Source: a virus
Length of the DNA stretch: 64,000 nucleotides
IMG/VR virus record: IMGVR_UViG_3300045988_092551
Span: 1-64,000 of that record
Direction: 5' to 3' (one strand)
Part shown: positions 54,201 to 62,356 of the stretch, one piece after another
How the letters are laid out: each line of letters opens with the position of its first letter
Position numbering within the stretch: position 1 is the first letter of the stretch
Notes under the pieces: model-generated
What the model saw: the letters and a program-made list of their open reading frames with translations, nothing else
Database searches by the model: none
Told to the model about the DNA's origin: nothing
Program-made: the position numbers and the translations under genes

Positions 54201-54520
54201 AGTATGCGGCCTATTTTGTACAACCCGTCCTGGACAGACTCCAACTGCTGGAGTTTTTTTGGACTAAAGAAATCTTCGCTTGAAAATACACCAATGTTAC
54301 GATGTAATTCTTTAACGAAGTTGTTTAGCTTTTCAAAACTACGACCTCCCTTATCTCCAATACCTTTTGTTGCTTCGGATATTGCTTCCAAAGCATTCTG
54401 TGCCTGCTTACCAGTAGCATCAATCTTGTTTAATTCTTTGGTAATCTTTTTGGTTTCCTCTTCAATTCTCGATTTGAGAGTGAGCGAGAAACTGAGGTCT
54501 CCCATATTTCCACCTGCCAT
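48215..54520 (-). CDS. tail tape measure protein
   Basis: 2101 aa and highly helical. The core 'FGAQQFAMSIITTGGEMEKQHIALQSILGD...LNSPFTFSEL...AYG' matches the tape-measure core pattern. Lies downstream of the frameshifted chaperone. Confidence 0.9.
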   Translation of the reverse strand: MAGGNMGDLSFSLTLKSRIEEETKKITKELNKIDATGKQAQNALEAISEATKGIGDKGGRSFEKLNNFVKELHRNIGVFSSEDFFSPKKLQQLESVQDGLYKIGRILGEVSKEGAGFNIFPNSVSTEANKAERELHKLSSIIDEINKRHGEGIQMFGVDSTSNIRQSLSELSKYRTELEQIRNNGGIHPITGLTASDVVKSAGYLNAIDEAKTYAKVVKNAILERYKTEQDAEKKRKKDEADAAREAKANEKQRQNELKNTERRYDSLGNKVRQLRSEYSRGISIGADVSKTEAEIHRLISIMRQLQNIKDSLSSPIGWKGYLGQLGNIGSGHDTTLASRVLQDQKAVNREVQRGIELEQKRQQEIAQTAAKVQSDLVRGFERANSHAGKLNSTVQDLKSLFLQGGLVFGAQQFAMSIITTGGEMEKQHIALQSILGDMQNANTMFNQIKELALNSPFTFSELNRDVKQLAAYGVEYDQLYDTTKRLADMSSGLGVSFDRIALAFGQVQARGWLDGKELRQIAYAGIPLLDKLSKFYSKQEGRNVSTSEIKTRISNREVSFDDVKSIFWQMTDAGGQFYNMQQVLSETLLGRYNKLKDAWEIMLAEFASGDALVGKFFKTAIDGATALVQSLHTLAMPMGAIFAGYAFKKMAAGNVASGFLSNKANLASNIQNKVLQGQALTQIEQRILATKNQITGADLRALANARALTTEKLNQLRLSGKITAEQYSIYRGIVLRQTGEKTIRMEMLRTLATMRSMSLTTTLSSVKNVWTGFQASALAAFRVIGTGAKTLAAGIWSAIGGLPGLIITAVTFGITYAISEYQELSQKIKQTQDEIADKNKQIRDFLRDNNVNIAISGGDTKEIDNMIDSYKEKLKELAPYSYKNMLMTAEEKKSHADRLKYLEQEIKLLKEANDIASTKLSNRGYYSDLSDATEDVIDAFKKREEMRVAAMASDASTGDKELYANETAYDNYIESLKKELAKRFGDIGKDEKMREAAMQAMSGIFSSMGIPEDKADIIRTSILQAFGCGDKSAWLQAEVSNSMIALIDKSFPMIGEKIKASIPLNDAEKAKVKELMNDAKNGLIRQYPELERTLQNMLAASNFQAVIRLVLDGGEKLNNLQSELVKRIPSRYSGLIMSETSGKYKAFAEKWGKEDSWYSARNSAQSDIDKAKNEYLSAKASKAKKSDELYTAWQTVKQAAKDLLYYDYDGSGKKSNKVPKGKNRNSGRKEDKQLKDLRDRIDLYKKMYAEIKKFKELYGEGALGQLANDGEFEAIFGDKKRFPISDYTNYETSIKELLKTLPASTKDRLDYAANEKAGIQTENRKLLEDQRRDELNVLNKQLDVISEQYETYKKIYELTGNKKGSENIAFGGTVQFDTYKRFLEAQLDIAVKHDNVQSGLNLTMDEVKGMSLENVKDKYGEETRVYDIRKKLEDENNKIKKETIDLMASLIEKNATIAQQIEDENRKYERQLELINGIEDPQMRDRAKAGATKTHSENVAKLQFEQFKQESDWVAIFDDLDRVSSATINSMIEKIDQFSMTTGLSVESIKQLRDALDKLRNEQISRNPFGFIFGGVNRGKAIGKFINERLGGKDDTAKIFVSKEEASRLGIAGGVRTKASLKNDQQSAYADSSKAISELATKMQALNTVLDPVINLFKAMGEEDSILGQIVGGASGAFSSAASTAGAFDTLSKMKGLGFLEGAGPYAAAASAALSIGGSLIKAFGADYSSYEKAKAEYDNLTSIWDSLISKKTEYMNIHWGTEATEAYKEAQEMLKAEIEQTKVIAQKRLNSGSSAGSHSIWYRMWKGSYKYNGQNWRDVAGEISSKYGVQFNGMEDMLNMNADTLSKIKKDYTGLWANMDSEFRDYLEKLIQYGEKADDMIEAVTEKLTGNKFSDLVSSWGDAMATMANSSDNLVEHFEDNLKKTILNSMIENIYGDKIKALLKKTQGYAENGDKIKDSNGNVISEYTGAEYADVKNSTDELSKQIEATRDYLKKVYGWSDNSSSSSRNSVKSITEETGDLIASYLNAIRLDCSVMRAEQAKYYPEMSEIAKSQLTQLDAISRNTLRNADAAERIESIFVEYNDNFNRVLNGTKSLKMK

Positions 54521-54538
54521 ATCCTGAATATTTTAAAA

Positions 54539-55266
54539 TTAGAGTTTATTGTTTAAGTAATCAGCAAGATTTATCTTCTTGCCAACAAGACTTCCTTCTT
54601 TCTTCTTTTTCTCCATCCATCTGTCGTAGAGATCATCCATCTCCTTCTTGGTGTGCTTCTTTGGACCGCCTTCCTTTTTTGTCTTTGGATAGACGACAAG
54701 AGGCTGGTCTGCAACCATGAGGTCAATCTGTGCCGATGAATAGCCCCACCAGTAGTCGTAGGCTGCAATGAAGTACTTGCGCTGAAAGAGGAAACCGAAC
54801 TTCTCCGCTAGAGAGAAGGCTGCTCCCCAGCTGGTTCTGCTTGGATAGCTTTTGCTTCGCTCCTCGTCATCGTCATCATCACGTCCGTCATCCCGGTCGC
54901 TAATATGGTAGCCAGTGAGAATGCGTTCGATGGAATTTTTTTTTTAGAAACATCGAGGACTCTCAGAACCTCGGCAACATCCACATCCTTGATGTAGTAG
55001 AGCCAGCGCCAGTAGATCCAATACAGGAATCTAATCTTCCAGATGTTGTTGAGGAGAATGCAGACGCAAATCTTGACGTTGCGTTTCCATTCGTTCTTCT
55101 CCTTCGCCCTGATATGAGAACACCTGCTCATGGTTCCCTTGCGAAGCCAGCCGAGCTTGTGCTTCTTTCCACGGAACACGAACTCGGTAGGCTCGTCGTG
55201 CAGTACGCTGTCGAGTAACTCCTGTAAGTCCACCGAAGGCTGCTCAATTTTCTTTTCTTCTGCCAT
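54539..55266 (-). CDS. tail assembly chaperone -1 frameshift fusion (GT-like), predicted
   Basis: The -1 frame entered at the A10 tract stays open for 132 codons ('NSIERILTGY...FGFLFQRKYFIAAYDYWWGY...NLADYLNNKL') and stops 18 nt before the tape measure ATG. Confidence 0.5.
54808..55266 (-). CDS. tail assembly chaperone (G-like, zero frame)
   Basis: 152 aa, between the tail tube and the tape measure. Contains the A10 tract. Confidence 0.6.
   Translation of the reverse strand: MAEEKKIEQPSVDLQELLDSVLHDEPTEFVFRGKKHKLGWLRKGTMSRCSHIRAKEKNEWKRNVKICVCILLNNIWKIRFLYWIYWRWLYYIKDVDVAEVLRVLDVSKKKIPSNAFSLATILATGMTDVMMTMTRSEAKAIQAEPAGEQPSL
54936..54945 (-). promoter_or_regulatory. slippery A10 tract (TCT AAA AAA AAA ATT)
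   Basis: Ten T on the plus strand. The frame was verified against the track translation '...LDVSKKKIPSN...'. Confidence 0.6.
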
Positions 55267-55290
55267 GATTGTATGCTATTAAATGAAGAA

Positions 55291-55322
55291 GGGCGGCACG
55301 GCTGTTGATTAGCCTGCCGCCC
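55291..55322 (-). terminator. hairpin (attenuator/terminator) after the tail tube gene
   Basis: 8-bp G+C-rich stem gggcggca/tgccgccc, followed by a T-rich stretch on the minus strand. Confidence 0.45.
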
Positions 55323-55370
55323 AACGGTTTGTTATCCTGAATCTAATTACCTAAAGAAGCCTTTACTTGA

Positions 55371-55982
55371 TTAACCGCCAATGCCTGGTTCACCAGCAGC
55401 TGGAGCCTTAGTAAGCCAAGCGATACTGCGCTTACCTGCACCCTCGATAGAACCAGAGAACTTGAATGCAACCGGCTCTGTACCTGAGTTGTCCCACTGC
55501 AAGGTAGCGTAGAGAGCGATATTGGTGATAACCATGAGGTTCTCCTTCTCGTCGTCAACGATAACGATAGTGCCCTTGATCTTGAACTTCTTAGGCTCTA
55601 CAGCGATACCTGTAAAGCCGGTAGTAGCGTCGAGAGTAGCGTCACCTGTACCCTTAAGGGTAACCTTGGTCAGCTCGGTGATAGCATCCTCGCCGAACAT
55701 AATTGTCAGCAAGTCCTTTGCCTTTGAAGGAACAACGAACTCTACGTTGAAGTCGCCGAGCTCTGCGGTAGTTGCCCAGTCGCCTGCAAGACCGATAACC
55801 TTGTAGTGGTTGATGGTTGGGTCATCCATAGTCGCCTTCAGCGAGTCAACGGTAACCGGAAGTTCAACCTCTGGGGTGATGTCAACTGTAGCCTTGCTCA
55901 AATCGGTAATAGCCTTTGAGTAGAGTAGAGTTTTAGGACCATTGAAAATGTCCTTCATCTTGTCAATAGTTGTCATAGCCAT
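55371..55982 (-). CDS. putative major tail (tube) protein
   Basis: 203 aa, beta-rich, immediately upstream of the chaperone/tape measure pair. Confidence 0.55.
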   Translation of the reverse strand: MAMTTIDKMKDIFNGPKTLLYSKAITDLSKATVDITPEVELPVTVDSLKATMDDPTINHYKVIGLAGDWATTAELGDFNVEFVVPSKAKDLLTIMFGEDAITELTKVTLKGTGDATLDATTGFTGIAVEPKKFKIKGTIVIVDDEKENLMVITNIALYATLQWDNSGTEPVAFKFSGSIEGAGKRSIAWLTKAPAAGEPGIGG

Positions 55983-56017
55983 AATCTAAAATATTTTAAA
56001 TTGTTATACCTGAATAC

Positions 56018-56425
56018 TTATCTAGTACGTAACCTTCCCTGTATGATCGTCACGGAAAAACCTGCGCCGTCGTCAGCCTGGATAGCAACGTTCGGTCTAG
56101 TAACGATGATGTTTTCTGTAGAAATCGGGAATCTTTCGAGGACCGCCTTGACTTTCTTATCCATTTCCGCAGGACTGAAACCATTAGGATTCGCCGAGGA
56201 GGCCTTATCTCTTACATACACCTCTATCTGGATAGTGGTAGTATAGTCGTTGTAGGAGCCATCGTAGTTCATCTCGTTGTTCCTGATAGTGTACGGAGCA
56301 CTTACGACGATGTAGCTACCTATTTTGGTATCCACAGCCTTAGGACGATTCCTGGGGTACACCTTGTCGCATATACCCTTTACGGCGTTTCCTAAGTCGA
56401 AATATATCTGCTTGATATCTACCAT
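56018..56425 (-). CDS. head-tail joining / tail terminator candidate
   Basis: 135 aa. Positional. Confidence 0.4.
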   Translation of the reverse strand: MVDIKQIYFDLGNAVKGICDKVYPRNRPKAVDTKIGSYIVVSAPYTIRNNEMNYDGSYNDYTTTIQIEVYVRDKASSANPNGFSPAEMDKKVKAVLERFPISTENIIVTRPNVAIQADDGAGFSVTIIQGRLRTR

Positions 56426-56428
56426 AGC

Positions 56429-57001
56429 TTACAGTTTGTTAAAAGTTGAACTATTGGCGTACACTACGCAGGCATCGAACATATCCGGAAGAGACTCGTA
56501 TGTGTTGTAAACTGTCTCGAAAATGCGGTTCTCCTTGTCGAATACCGCATATTCAACAGGACATATCGCAACGAGTGCCCAGTCTTTCCCGGTAGATTTC
56601 ACCTTTCCGATACGTCCGTAGATAAGGTTAGGACCCCATTGGTGACCACCACCGACTTTACCGGTATAGCCTTTGTTTTCACCTCCGTCGTAGTAGAACG
56701 GGAGATTATATTTTTCTCCCTCCGCCAGGGTTACTCGCGTTGGTGCTTTTTCACCTTTTGAGGCACGCACCATGTAAATGAGCTTGCCTTTGTAATACAC
56801 TGCTGCATAGAACGAAGTATATGCGTTACCAGTGATATTGTAGAACGTCCTGTTCTCTTTGAAATAGTTGACGGTTCTGTGAGCAAGTTCCTGCATAATC
56901 GCAAGCATCTTGTCATACGCCAGCTTTTCGACCCTTGGCTTAATCTGATGTTCGAACTGCGCTCCAAGAGACAGACGCTTTCCGCTAAAGTATTTTGCCA
57001 T
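56429..57001 (-). CDS. head-tail joining candidate
   Basis: 190 aa. Positional. Confidence 0.4.
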   Translation of the reverse strand: MAKYFSGKRLSLGAQFEHQIKPRVEKLAYDKMLAIMQELAHRTVNYFKENRTFYNITGNAYTSFYAAVYYKGKLIYMVRASKGEKAPTRVTLAEGEKYNLPFYYDGGENKGYTGKVGGGHQWGPNLIYGRIGKVKSTGKDWALVAICPVEYAVFDKENRIFETVYNTYESLPDMFDACVVYANSSTFNKL

Positions 57002-57004
57002 AAC

Positions 57005-57382
57005 CTAAACCCTAGTGAGATTCCAGTAAACGACAGTCCTGTTATTATCCGGTTCGCAGTCCTTGACCATACCTACCTCGGTATTGTTGCCGACAGTGGA
57101 GTAGATGGTGTCGCCGTCAAGAGGACATCTGTCAGCTTCCCATTCGTCATATCTGACCGGAATCGATGCCTTCCTCTTGTTCTGGTCGACATTCTTGTCT
57201 CCCTCTGTAGTAGTATCGGTGTAGCTGCGGCCTTCGCCATAGTAGAGAATGATTTCCTTGTCCTCACCAACTGGAGCATCATCATCGGCAAACGGGTCAT
57301 CAGGGTCGGCTTTTCCGACGACCTTCCTCACGATCTTGATGATGTGAGGGTATCTTGGGTTTCTGATGTTTTCCTTTTCCAT
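57005..57382 (-). CDS. head-tail joining candidate
   Basis: 125 aa. Positional. Confidence 0.4.
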   Translation of the reverse strand: MEKENIRNPRYPHIIKIVRKVVGKADPDDPFADDDAPVGEDKEIILYYGEGRSYTDTTTEGDKNVDQNKRKASIPVRYDEWEADRCPLDGDTIYSTVGNNTEVGMVKDCEPDNNRTVVYWNLTRV

Positions 57383-57387
57383 ACGCC

Positions 57388-57822
57388 TTATTTGATGATG
57401 TGAGGGAGAGGTTCTCCCCAGGGAGAATAATTCGCCCTCTTTACTCCGTGGGAGGTCACCCGGAAGGTGGACTTCTTCTTGAGCATCGAATCAGGCTCCA
57501 GCTCCGCATATATAGCGTTAGCCTCTGCCTTCATCTCGCTCCTGTCGTTGTCCGACATATCATATCCACCTCCCGAATGAGTCCATCCGTTATCGGAATC
57601 GGAGGTGTTGTTCACCTTACTCGGACCAAGAACAAACCATTTCAGCATGTCGGCATAGGCAAGTCTTACCTTGTCCTTGTCGCAGGCTTCGAGGTCGATG
57701 CCATTTTCAAGCTCCCTGTCGTGCATGATGCCCAACAGAGCCTTCATCGGCATCTCGAACTTCACCTTATTAATAAGGTAGTCGTTCACAGTGTAAATGT
57801 TCATCTCCGAATCCATAGTCAT
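57388..57822 (-). CDS. head-tail connector candidate
   Basis: 144 aa. Positional. Confidence 0.4.
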   Translation of the reverse strand: MTMDSEMNIYTVNDYLINKVKFEMPMKALLGIMHDRELENGIDLEACDKDKVRLAYADMLKWFVLGPSKVNNTSDSDNGWTHSGGGYDMSDNDRSEMKAEANAIYAELEPDSMLKKKSTFRVTSHGVKRANYSPWGEPLPHIIK

Positions 57823-57844
57823 ACAATCTTGTTACGTTAAAGAA

Positions 57845-59026
57845 TTAACCCTTCTTGGTAATGTCGATAATCCAACGGTAAGGAGAATCGAGCATGGCAG
57901 GAACAGAAGCGAGGAACAAGTCTGTCTTGAACTCCTGGAACATACCGTTCGCTGTGACCATGTTACGAAGCAAACCGAGGCGGTTGTTGGTCTGTGCCCA
58001 AGCAACATCCACGAGCTTGTTACCGAGAGTGTCGAAAATTCGCTTATCGAGAATTTCCTTGCGCATGAAACGCAAAGGCTTGCCAGCAGGGCGAAGAACG
58101 ACTGTTCCGTCTGCCCAACCACGAATCTCTGTAACTGTGCCATCGAAGCGCTTGTTGTGCTCAACCTCATCGACAATCTCGATAGGAGAAAGACCGTTGA
58201 GGTCAACAACAGACTTCAAGAACATTGCGTTGTTTGGACCGTAGTTCTGCAAAACTGCCACAAAGTTAGCGTTCGCCCAGCTCTTGTACAACTCAGCAAT
58301 CTGCTTGTTCTTCAAGAATACGTTATTGTAGTCGTTCTTAGTCATCTGCCATACGAGAGGTACACTGCGGTACTCGATGTTCTCCTTGCGCCAATCCTCC
58401 TCAAACTTGCGCATCTGCTCAAGCAAGTCGCAGTTTGGATCGTTCCAGGCAAGTGTACCCGCCTTTTTGAAGTTCTTCTTTGGAACCTTTGCGTCATACA
58501 GAGGCTCCTGGATACCACGACCAATCTTGTCGTAGTCGATGAAACCGGTCGAACTCAACTGGGCTGACATGTAGGTCATAGTCATGTCGAGTGAGTCGTA
58601 CAATACCTGTACCTTGTCGAGGTAAGCATCAACCAGGTCAGCGTCGTTGCCGAACTCATCCTGGAGAAGCTTCATCTTGTGGTAACGCTCTGTCGCAGTC
58701 TCACGGAAGCCGTCAGCAGCGAAGTCTGGAATTGAAGCGGTGTACCACTCAATACCCTCATGGTCGTTCTGATAGCCCTCGCCGAGAGGAGCACGGAGGT
58801 TCATCAAGGTTGCAGGGTTCAATGTACGTGTGCGAACCTTGAAGGTTGCATCACCATTGTTAGATGTAGGGGTGAGATTTGGATCAATGTCACCCTGTGT
58901 CAGATACCAGCCGTTGTTACAGCGAAGTACGCCGTCACGATTGACGAACTTCTGAAGGTAAGTGTTGTTACCCTTACCAGTGAAGAACTTCGCAAGCTGC
59001 TCGACACCAATATCAATTTTTGCCAT
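57845..59026 (-). CDS. major capsid protein (lambda E-like size and position)
   Basis: 393 aa, preceded by scaffold-like and auxiliary genes. The gene looks highly expressed (codon-biased, short spacers). Confidence 0.65.
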   Translation of the reverse strand: MAKIDIGVEQLAKFFTGKGNNTYLQKFVNRDGVLRCNNGWYLTQGDIDPNLTPTSNNGDATFKVRTRTLNPATLMNLRAPLGEGYQNDHEGIEWYTASIPDFAADGFRETATERYHKMKLLQDEFGNDADLVDAYLDKVQVLYDSLDMTMTYMSAQLSSTGFIDYDKIGRGIQEPLYDAKVPKKNFKKAGTLAWNDPNCDLLEQMRKFEEDWRKENIEYRSVPLVWQMTKNDYNNVFLKNKQIAELYKSWANANFVAVLQNYGPNNAMFLKSVVDLNGLSPIEIVDEVEHNKRFDGTVTEIRGWADGTVVLRPAGKPLRFMRKEILDKRIFDTLGNKLVDVAWAQTNNRLGLLRNMVTANGMFQEFKTDLFLASVPAMLDSPYRWIIDITKKG

Positions 59027-59061
59027 AATCCTGAATCAATCTTTTTACGTTATACAATAGG

Positions 59062-59835
59062 TTAAATATGCCAGAACTCTGGGTAGAGTGACTTGTTCAT
59101 CGCCTTGACAGCAGGAGGAACAGGACCCATACGGTCAAGCCACATAACGCAGTCTGGATTCAACATACAGAAGTTGATGTTTGTACGAGGCTTGTGGTAC
59201 TTGTCGCCGCCGGCATCGAAATAAGGGAAGTCGTTGTCGCTCGGAGCAAAGCAGTTAGGGTTGGTAACCATAGGCAATACGGATTCGCCTGCACTTGCAG
59301 CCTCAACCAATACGTCACCTACCTTCAATGCGCCGAGAGCAGCAGAAAGAGTAACCTTCCAAACATCACCTGCGGTGTCGTCAGTCGTAGCCTCAACGGC
59401 AGAGACAGTCACGCCCTTTGCTTTTGTCTTAAAGTCCTTCTGACCGACCATGATGGTGTCGCCAGGGAACGGGATGTGAACAAAGCCGTTACGAACGATG
59501 TAGATGTCTGTGTCTGTAGCCGCAGCGGTAGCCTTTGCCACGCCGTAAGCCTTCAGAATCTTGATGGTAGCACCAGGACCATCGTTGCCTGCTGTAAAGC
59601 CAAGGTCGTGCTCGATCAAGTCACCGGCATAAATCTTAGCCTGGCCCTTGAATGGGTTGACAAGCTTACCACCAATAGGTGGGTGAACGAAGGCATTCTT
59701 GATGAGTGCCTCAAGGCCAGCAAACACGTATCGGGTTCCACCGACCTTACCTTCTGTCTGAACAATGGTTGCGCCGTGGTTCAGCATACCACGAGTACCC
59801 ATCTGTTCCATGTAGGAAATAGAAGTGTTGTCCAT
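59062..59835 (-). CDS. capsid-associated protein (decoration/auxiliary candidate)
   Basis: 257 aa, between the scaffold-like gene and the capsid gene. Confidence 0.35.
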   Translation of the reverse strand: MDNTSISYMEQMGTRGMLNHGATIVQTEGKVGGTRYVFAGLEALIKNAFVHPPIGGKLVNPFKGQAKIYAGDLIEHDLGFTAGNDGPGATIKILKAYGVAKATAAATDTDIYIVRNGFVHIPFPGDTIMVGQKDFKTKAKGVTVSAVEATTDDTAGDVWKVTLSAALGALKVGDVLVEAASAGESVLPMVTNPNCFAPSDNDFPYFDAGGDKYHKPRTNINFCMLNPDCVMWLDRMGPVPPAVKAMNKSLYPEFWHI

Positions 59836-59870
59836 AATCTTTTTACCTTTTTAAAATTGTTATCCTGAAA

Positions 59871-60566
59871 TTACTTCTTGTCTCCACCGCCGAATCTCTT
59901 CTTTCGACGCTCGGCCACTTCTTCCATAAACTTGTCATCATCTGTGGACGTGCCTCCGCTAGACGTGCGACTGCCTTTTGCAGGAATACCGTTTTCACCG
60001 GTAGCCTCCTTGTACTCTGCGGTGTAGATATTCTCAGCCTTAGAAACCAGGTCGTCGATGTTGGCATCTTCGTCCGGAATCTCCAGCTTTGCGATTGCAG
60101 CATTGAGGAAGTAGTTCTTCATTTCAAGGTTTGCCTTGTCGAACTTATCCTTCAAACCTGCCTTTACAGACTCGATGGTCGCCTTCCTTGCAGCCTTCTT
60201 GTCTCTTTCTGCGTTAGCTTCCTTGAGGGCTTTGATTTCTTTGAGAAGCTCGTTGTATTTGTCGGCAGGATCGCCATTCTTGGCGGCCTCCTTACGCTTG
60301 CGCTCCTCTTCCTCTTCCTTCTTCTTGCGTTCAGCCTCCTCCTTGCTCTTCTTTACCTCGTCAGAGATATTCTTGCGCAAGTTGCCGTTGATACGCTTCA
60401 GACGGTTTGCTAACTTGGTAACCAACTTGGAATTTGCTTCCTCGTCATCACCGAAATCTTCCAAAACATCATCAAGTTCCTCATCGATGGTCTTTTGGCT
60501 AAGTTCTTTGAACTTGGTGGTATCAACCTCCTTGTTCACTAATGCTAAGAGTTCCTCTCTTGTCAT
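59871..60566 (-). CDS. scaffolding protein candidate
   Basis: 231 aa, highly charged and helical (runs of E/K). First gene of the leftward head operon. Confidence 0.5.
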   Translation of the reverse strand: MTREELLALVNKEVDTTKFKELSQKTIDEELDDVLEDFGDDEEANSKLVTKLANRLKRINGNLRKNISDEVKKSKEEAERKKKEEEEERKRKEAAKNGDPADKYNELLKEIKALKEANAERDKKAARKATIESVKAGLKDKFDKANLEMKNYFLNAAIAKLEIPDEDANIDDLVSKAENIYTAEYKEATGENGIPAKGSRTSSGGTSTDDDKFMEEVAERRKKRFGGGDKK

Positions 60567-60643
60567 GTTGTTTTTTGATTAAAAATGTTATCCCGAAAGT
60601 GGTCCCTCCACCTCGAAAACGTATAAATATACCTTTTATTTTG

Positions 60644-60651
60644 CAAATATA
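60644..60651 (-). promoter_or_regulatory. -7 box TAtaTTTG for the leftward head/tail operon
   Basis: Plus-strand caaatata in the 146-bp divergent region. Confidence 0.45.
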
Positions 60652-60685
60652 TGAATAAATATGCAATTATCAAAGAAAAATTGTA

Positions 60686-60693
60686 TATTTTTG
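60686..60693 (+). promoter_or_regulatory. -7 box TAttTTTG for the terminase/portal operon
   Basis: tatttttg, 20 nt upstream of the ATG at 60713. Confidence 0.45.
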
Positions 60694-60712
60694 CAGTATT
60701 AAATGTATATTT

Positions 60713-62356
60713 ATGCAGAAAGATGTATTTTCAGGATTAAAATTGGATAACGGAGAGCCTATTTACACTCAAGAGTATATCCAATCATTAAGAGACGCCG
60801 ACAAGAAGCATCCCGACAAGCTGAAGATTATAGCTCAGCGTGGCGGTCAGGAACGCATGCTGTCTATAGACGCTGATATTAAGATAGTTGGCGGTTCGCG
60901 AGGCGGCTCAAAATCGTTCTCTTCCCTAATGGAAGTTCTGAAGGATATTAAAAATCCAGATTTTCATGCAACAATTCTTCGTAACGAAAAAGACGACTTA
61001 CAGTCCTTAGTGACAGACTCTTATAAATTGTTCTCCCAATTTGGAACTTACAATAAGTCACAAAATGATATGACCTGGAACTTCGATAACGGAGGATGGC
61101 TCAAATTCTCGTACTATGCTGGAGCCTATCAGGACTTCAAGACACGATTCCAGGGTCGCCAGTATGCCTATGTCTGCATCGATGAGGGTACTCAGTGTCC
61201 ATACAAGAAGTTCAAGTATCTCTTGACCAACAACCGAAATGCAGCGCATATCCGAAACCGCTTCTGGATTACCTGTAACCCGGACCCGGAATCTTGGGTG
61301 AGAAAGTTTATCGACTGGTGGGTTGACGAGAACGGATACATCATACCGGAACGTGACGGAGTTATACGATACTGCTTCATGGACGGCGATACGCCTGACT
61401 CAATATACTGGGGTAACACGAGAGAAGAGGTGTACGAGCTGTGCAAGGGCATCATCGATAGCCTCTGGAAGGACAGCTACGAGGAACTTGGATACACAAA
61501 GCTCGAAATGTTCATCAAGTCGGCAACATTCATCCGTGCAGATGTATCTGAGAACATCAAGCTTATCTCTACAGATGCGTCATATCTCGCCAACCTTGCC
61601 CAGCAGGACGAGGAACAGCGCATGCGAGACCTGGAAGCTAACTGGAACTGGAAAGCTGCCGGAGATGACATGATCAAGATGGAAGACCTTGATGAAATCT
61701 ACGACAACTCAGAACAAACAGGAGACGGAAAGCGCAGAGCTTCTGCCGATATCGCATTCACCGGCGGCGATAACTTCGTGATGTGGCTCTGGGAAGGATG
61801 GCACTGCAAAGACTTGGTTGTTCTGAGGCTGGACCCAAAGACTCTTGTTTCGGTAGTTGAGGCTAAGCTGAGAGAGTGGGGTGTAGAAGAATGCAACTTC
61901 ACTTACGATATGCAGGGTATCGGTCAGTACTTCAAGGGATTTTTCAAGGATGCCGTCCCATTCAACAACCAGGCAGCACCTATCGCTCAGAGCCATCAGG
62001 AAGAGGAAGGAATCAAATACCTTTACAAGGACTTGAAATCCCAGTGTGCATTCCTGTTCTATAAGATGATAAAAGAGAAGCAGATTTCCATCGACTCAGC
62101 CCTGCTTGAAAGAAAGTATTCCGGAAACGGATTCGACAAGGTTCCTCTCAGACAGATTCTTCAGAAGGAGCGTAAGATGCTCAGACGTGACGAGAATAGC
62201 GATGATAGGGGATTCAAGCTATTACCTAAGAAGATTGCCAAGAAATATGTCGGGCACTCGCCTGACTTCTTTGAATCTTGGTTCTATGTAATGATATTCA
62301 GTTTAACAAAAAAGAAAAATAAAAAGGTAAAAGGATTATGGATGCTATCAAGGTAA
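60713..62356 (+). CDS. terL: terminase large subunit
   Basis: Walker A 'VGGSRGGSKS' and Walker B 'YVCIDEGTQ', with a nuclease-domain-sized C-terminus. Confidence 0.85.
   Translation: MQKDVFSGLKLDNGEPIYTQEYIQSLRDADKKHPDKLKIIAQRGGQERMLSIDADIKIVGGSRGGSKSFSSLMEVLKDIKNPDFHATILRNEKDDLQSLVTDSYKLFSQFGTYNKSQNDMTWNFDNGGWLKFSYYAGAYQDFKTRFQGRQYAYVCIDEGTQCPYKKFKYLLTNNRNAAHIRNRFWITCNPDPESWVRKFIDWWVDENGYIIPERDGVIRYCFMDGDTPDSIYWGNTREEVYELCKGIIDSLWKDSYEELGYTKLEMFIKSATFIRADVSENIKLISTDASYLANLAQQDEEQRMRDLEANWNWKAAGDDMIKMEDLDEIYDNSEQTGDGKRRASADIAFTGGDNFVMWLWEGWHCKDLVVLRLDPKTLVSVVEAKLREWGVEECNFTYDMQGIGQYFKGFFKDAVPFNNQAAPIAQSHQEEEGIKYLYKDLKSQCAFLFYKMIKEKQISIDSALLERKYSGNGFDKVPLRQILQKERKMLRRDENSDDRGFKLLPKKIAKKYVGHSPDFFESWFYVMIFSLTKKKNKKVKGLWMLSR

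Noticed and set aside
54571-54768. 65-aa ORF (TTG start) upstream of the tape measure gene
   Set aside because: It is Arg/Thr-rich and lies in the zero frame beyond the chaperone stop. The -1 frame over the same DNA is the plausible coding frame (GT extension).
57797-59868. Plus-strand ORFs of 256 aa, 116 aa, 101 aa and 224 aa
   Set aside because: They are antisense to the capsid and capsid-associated genes. No motifs, and they overlap strongly supported minus-strand genes.
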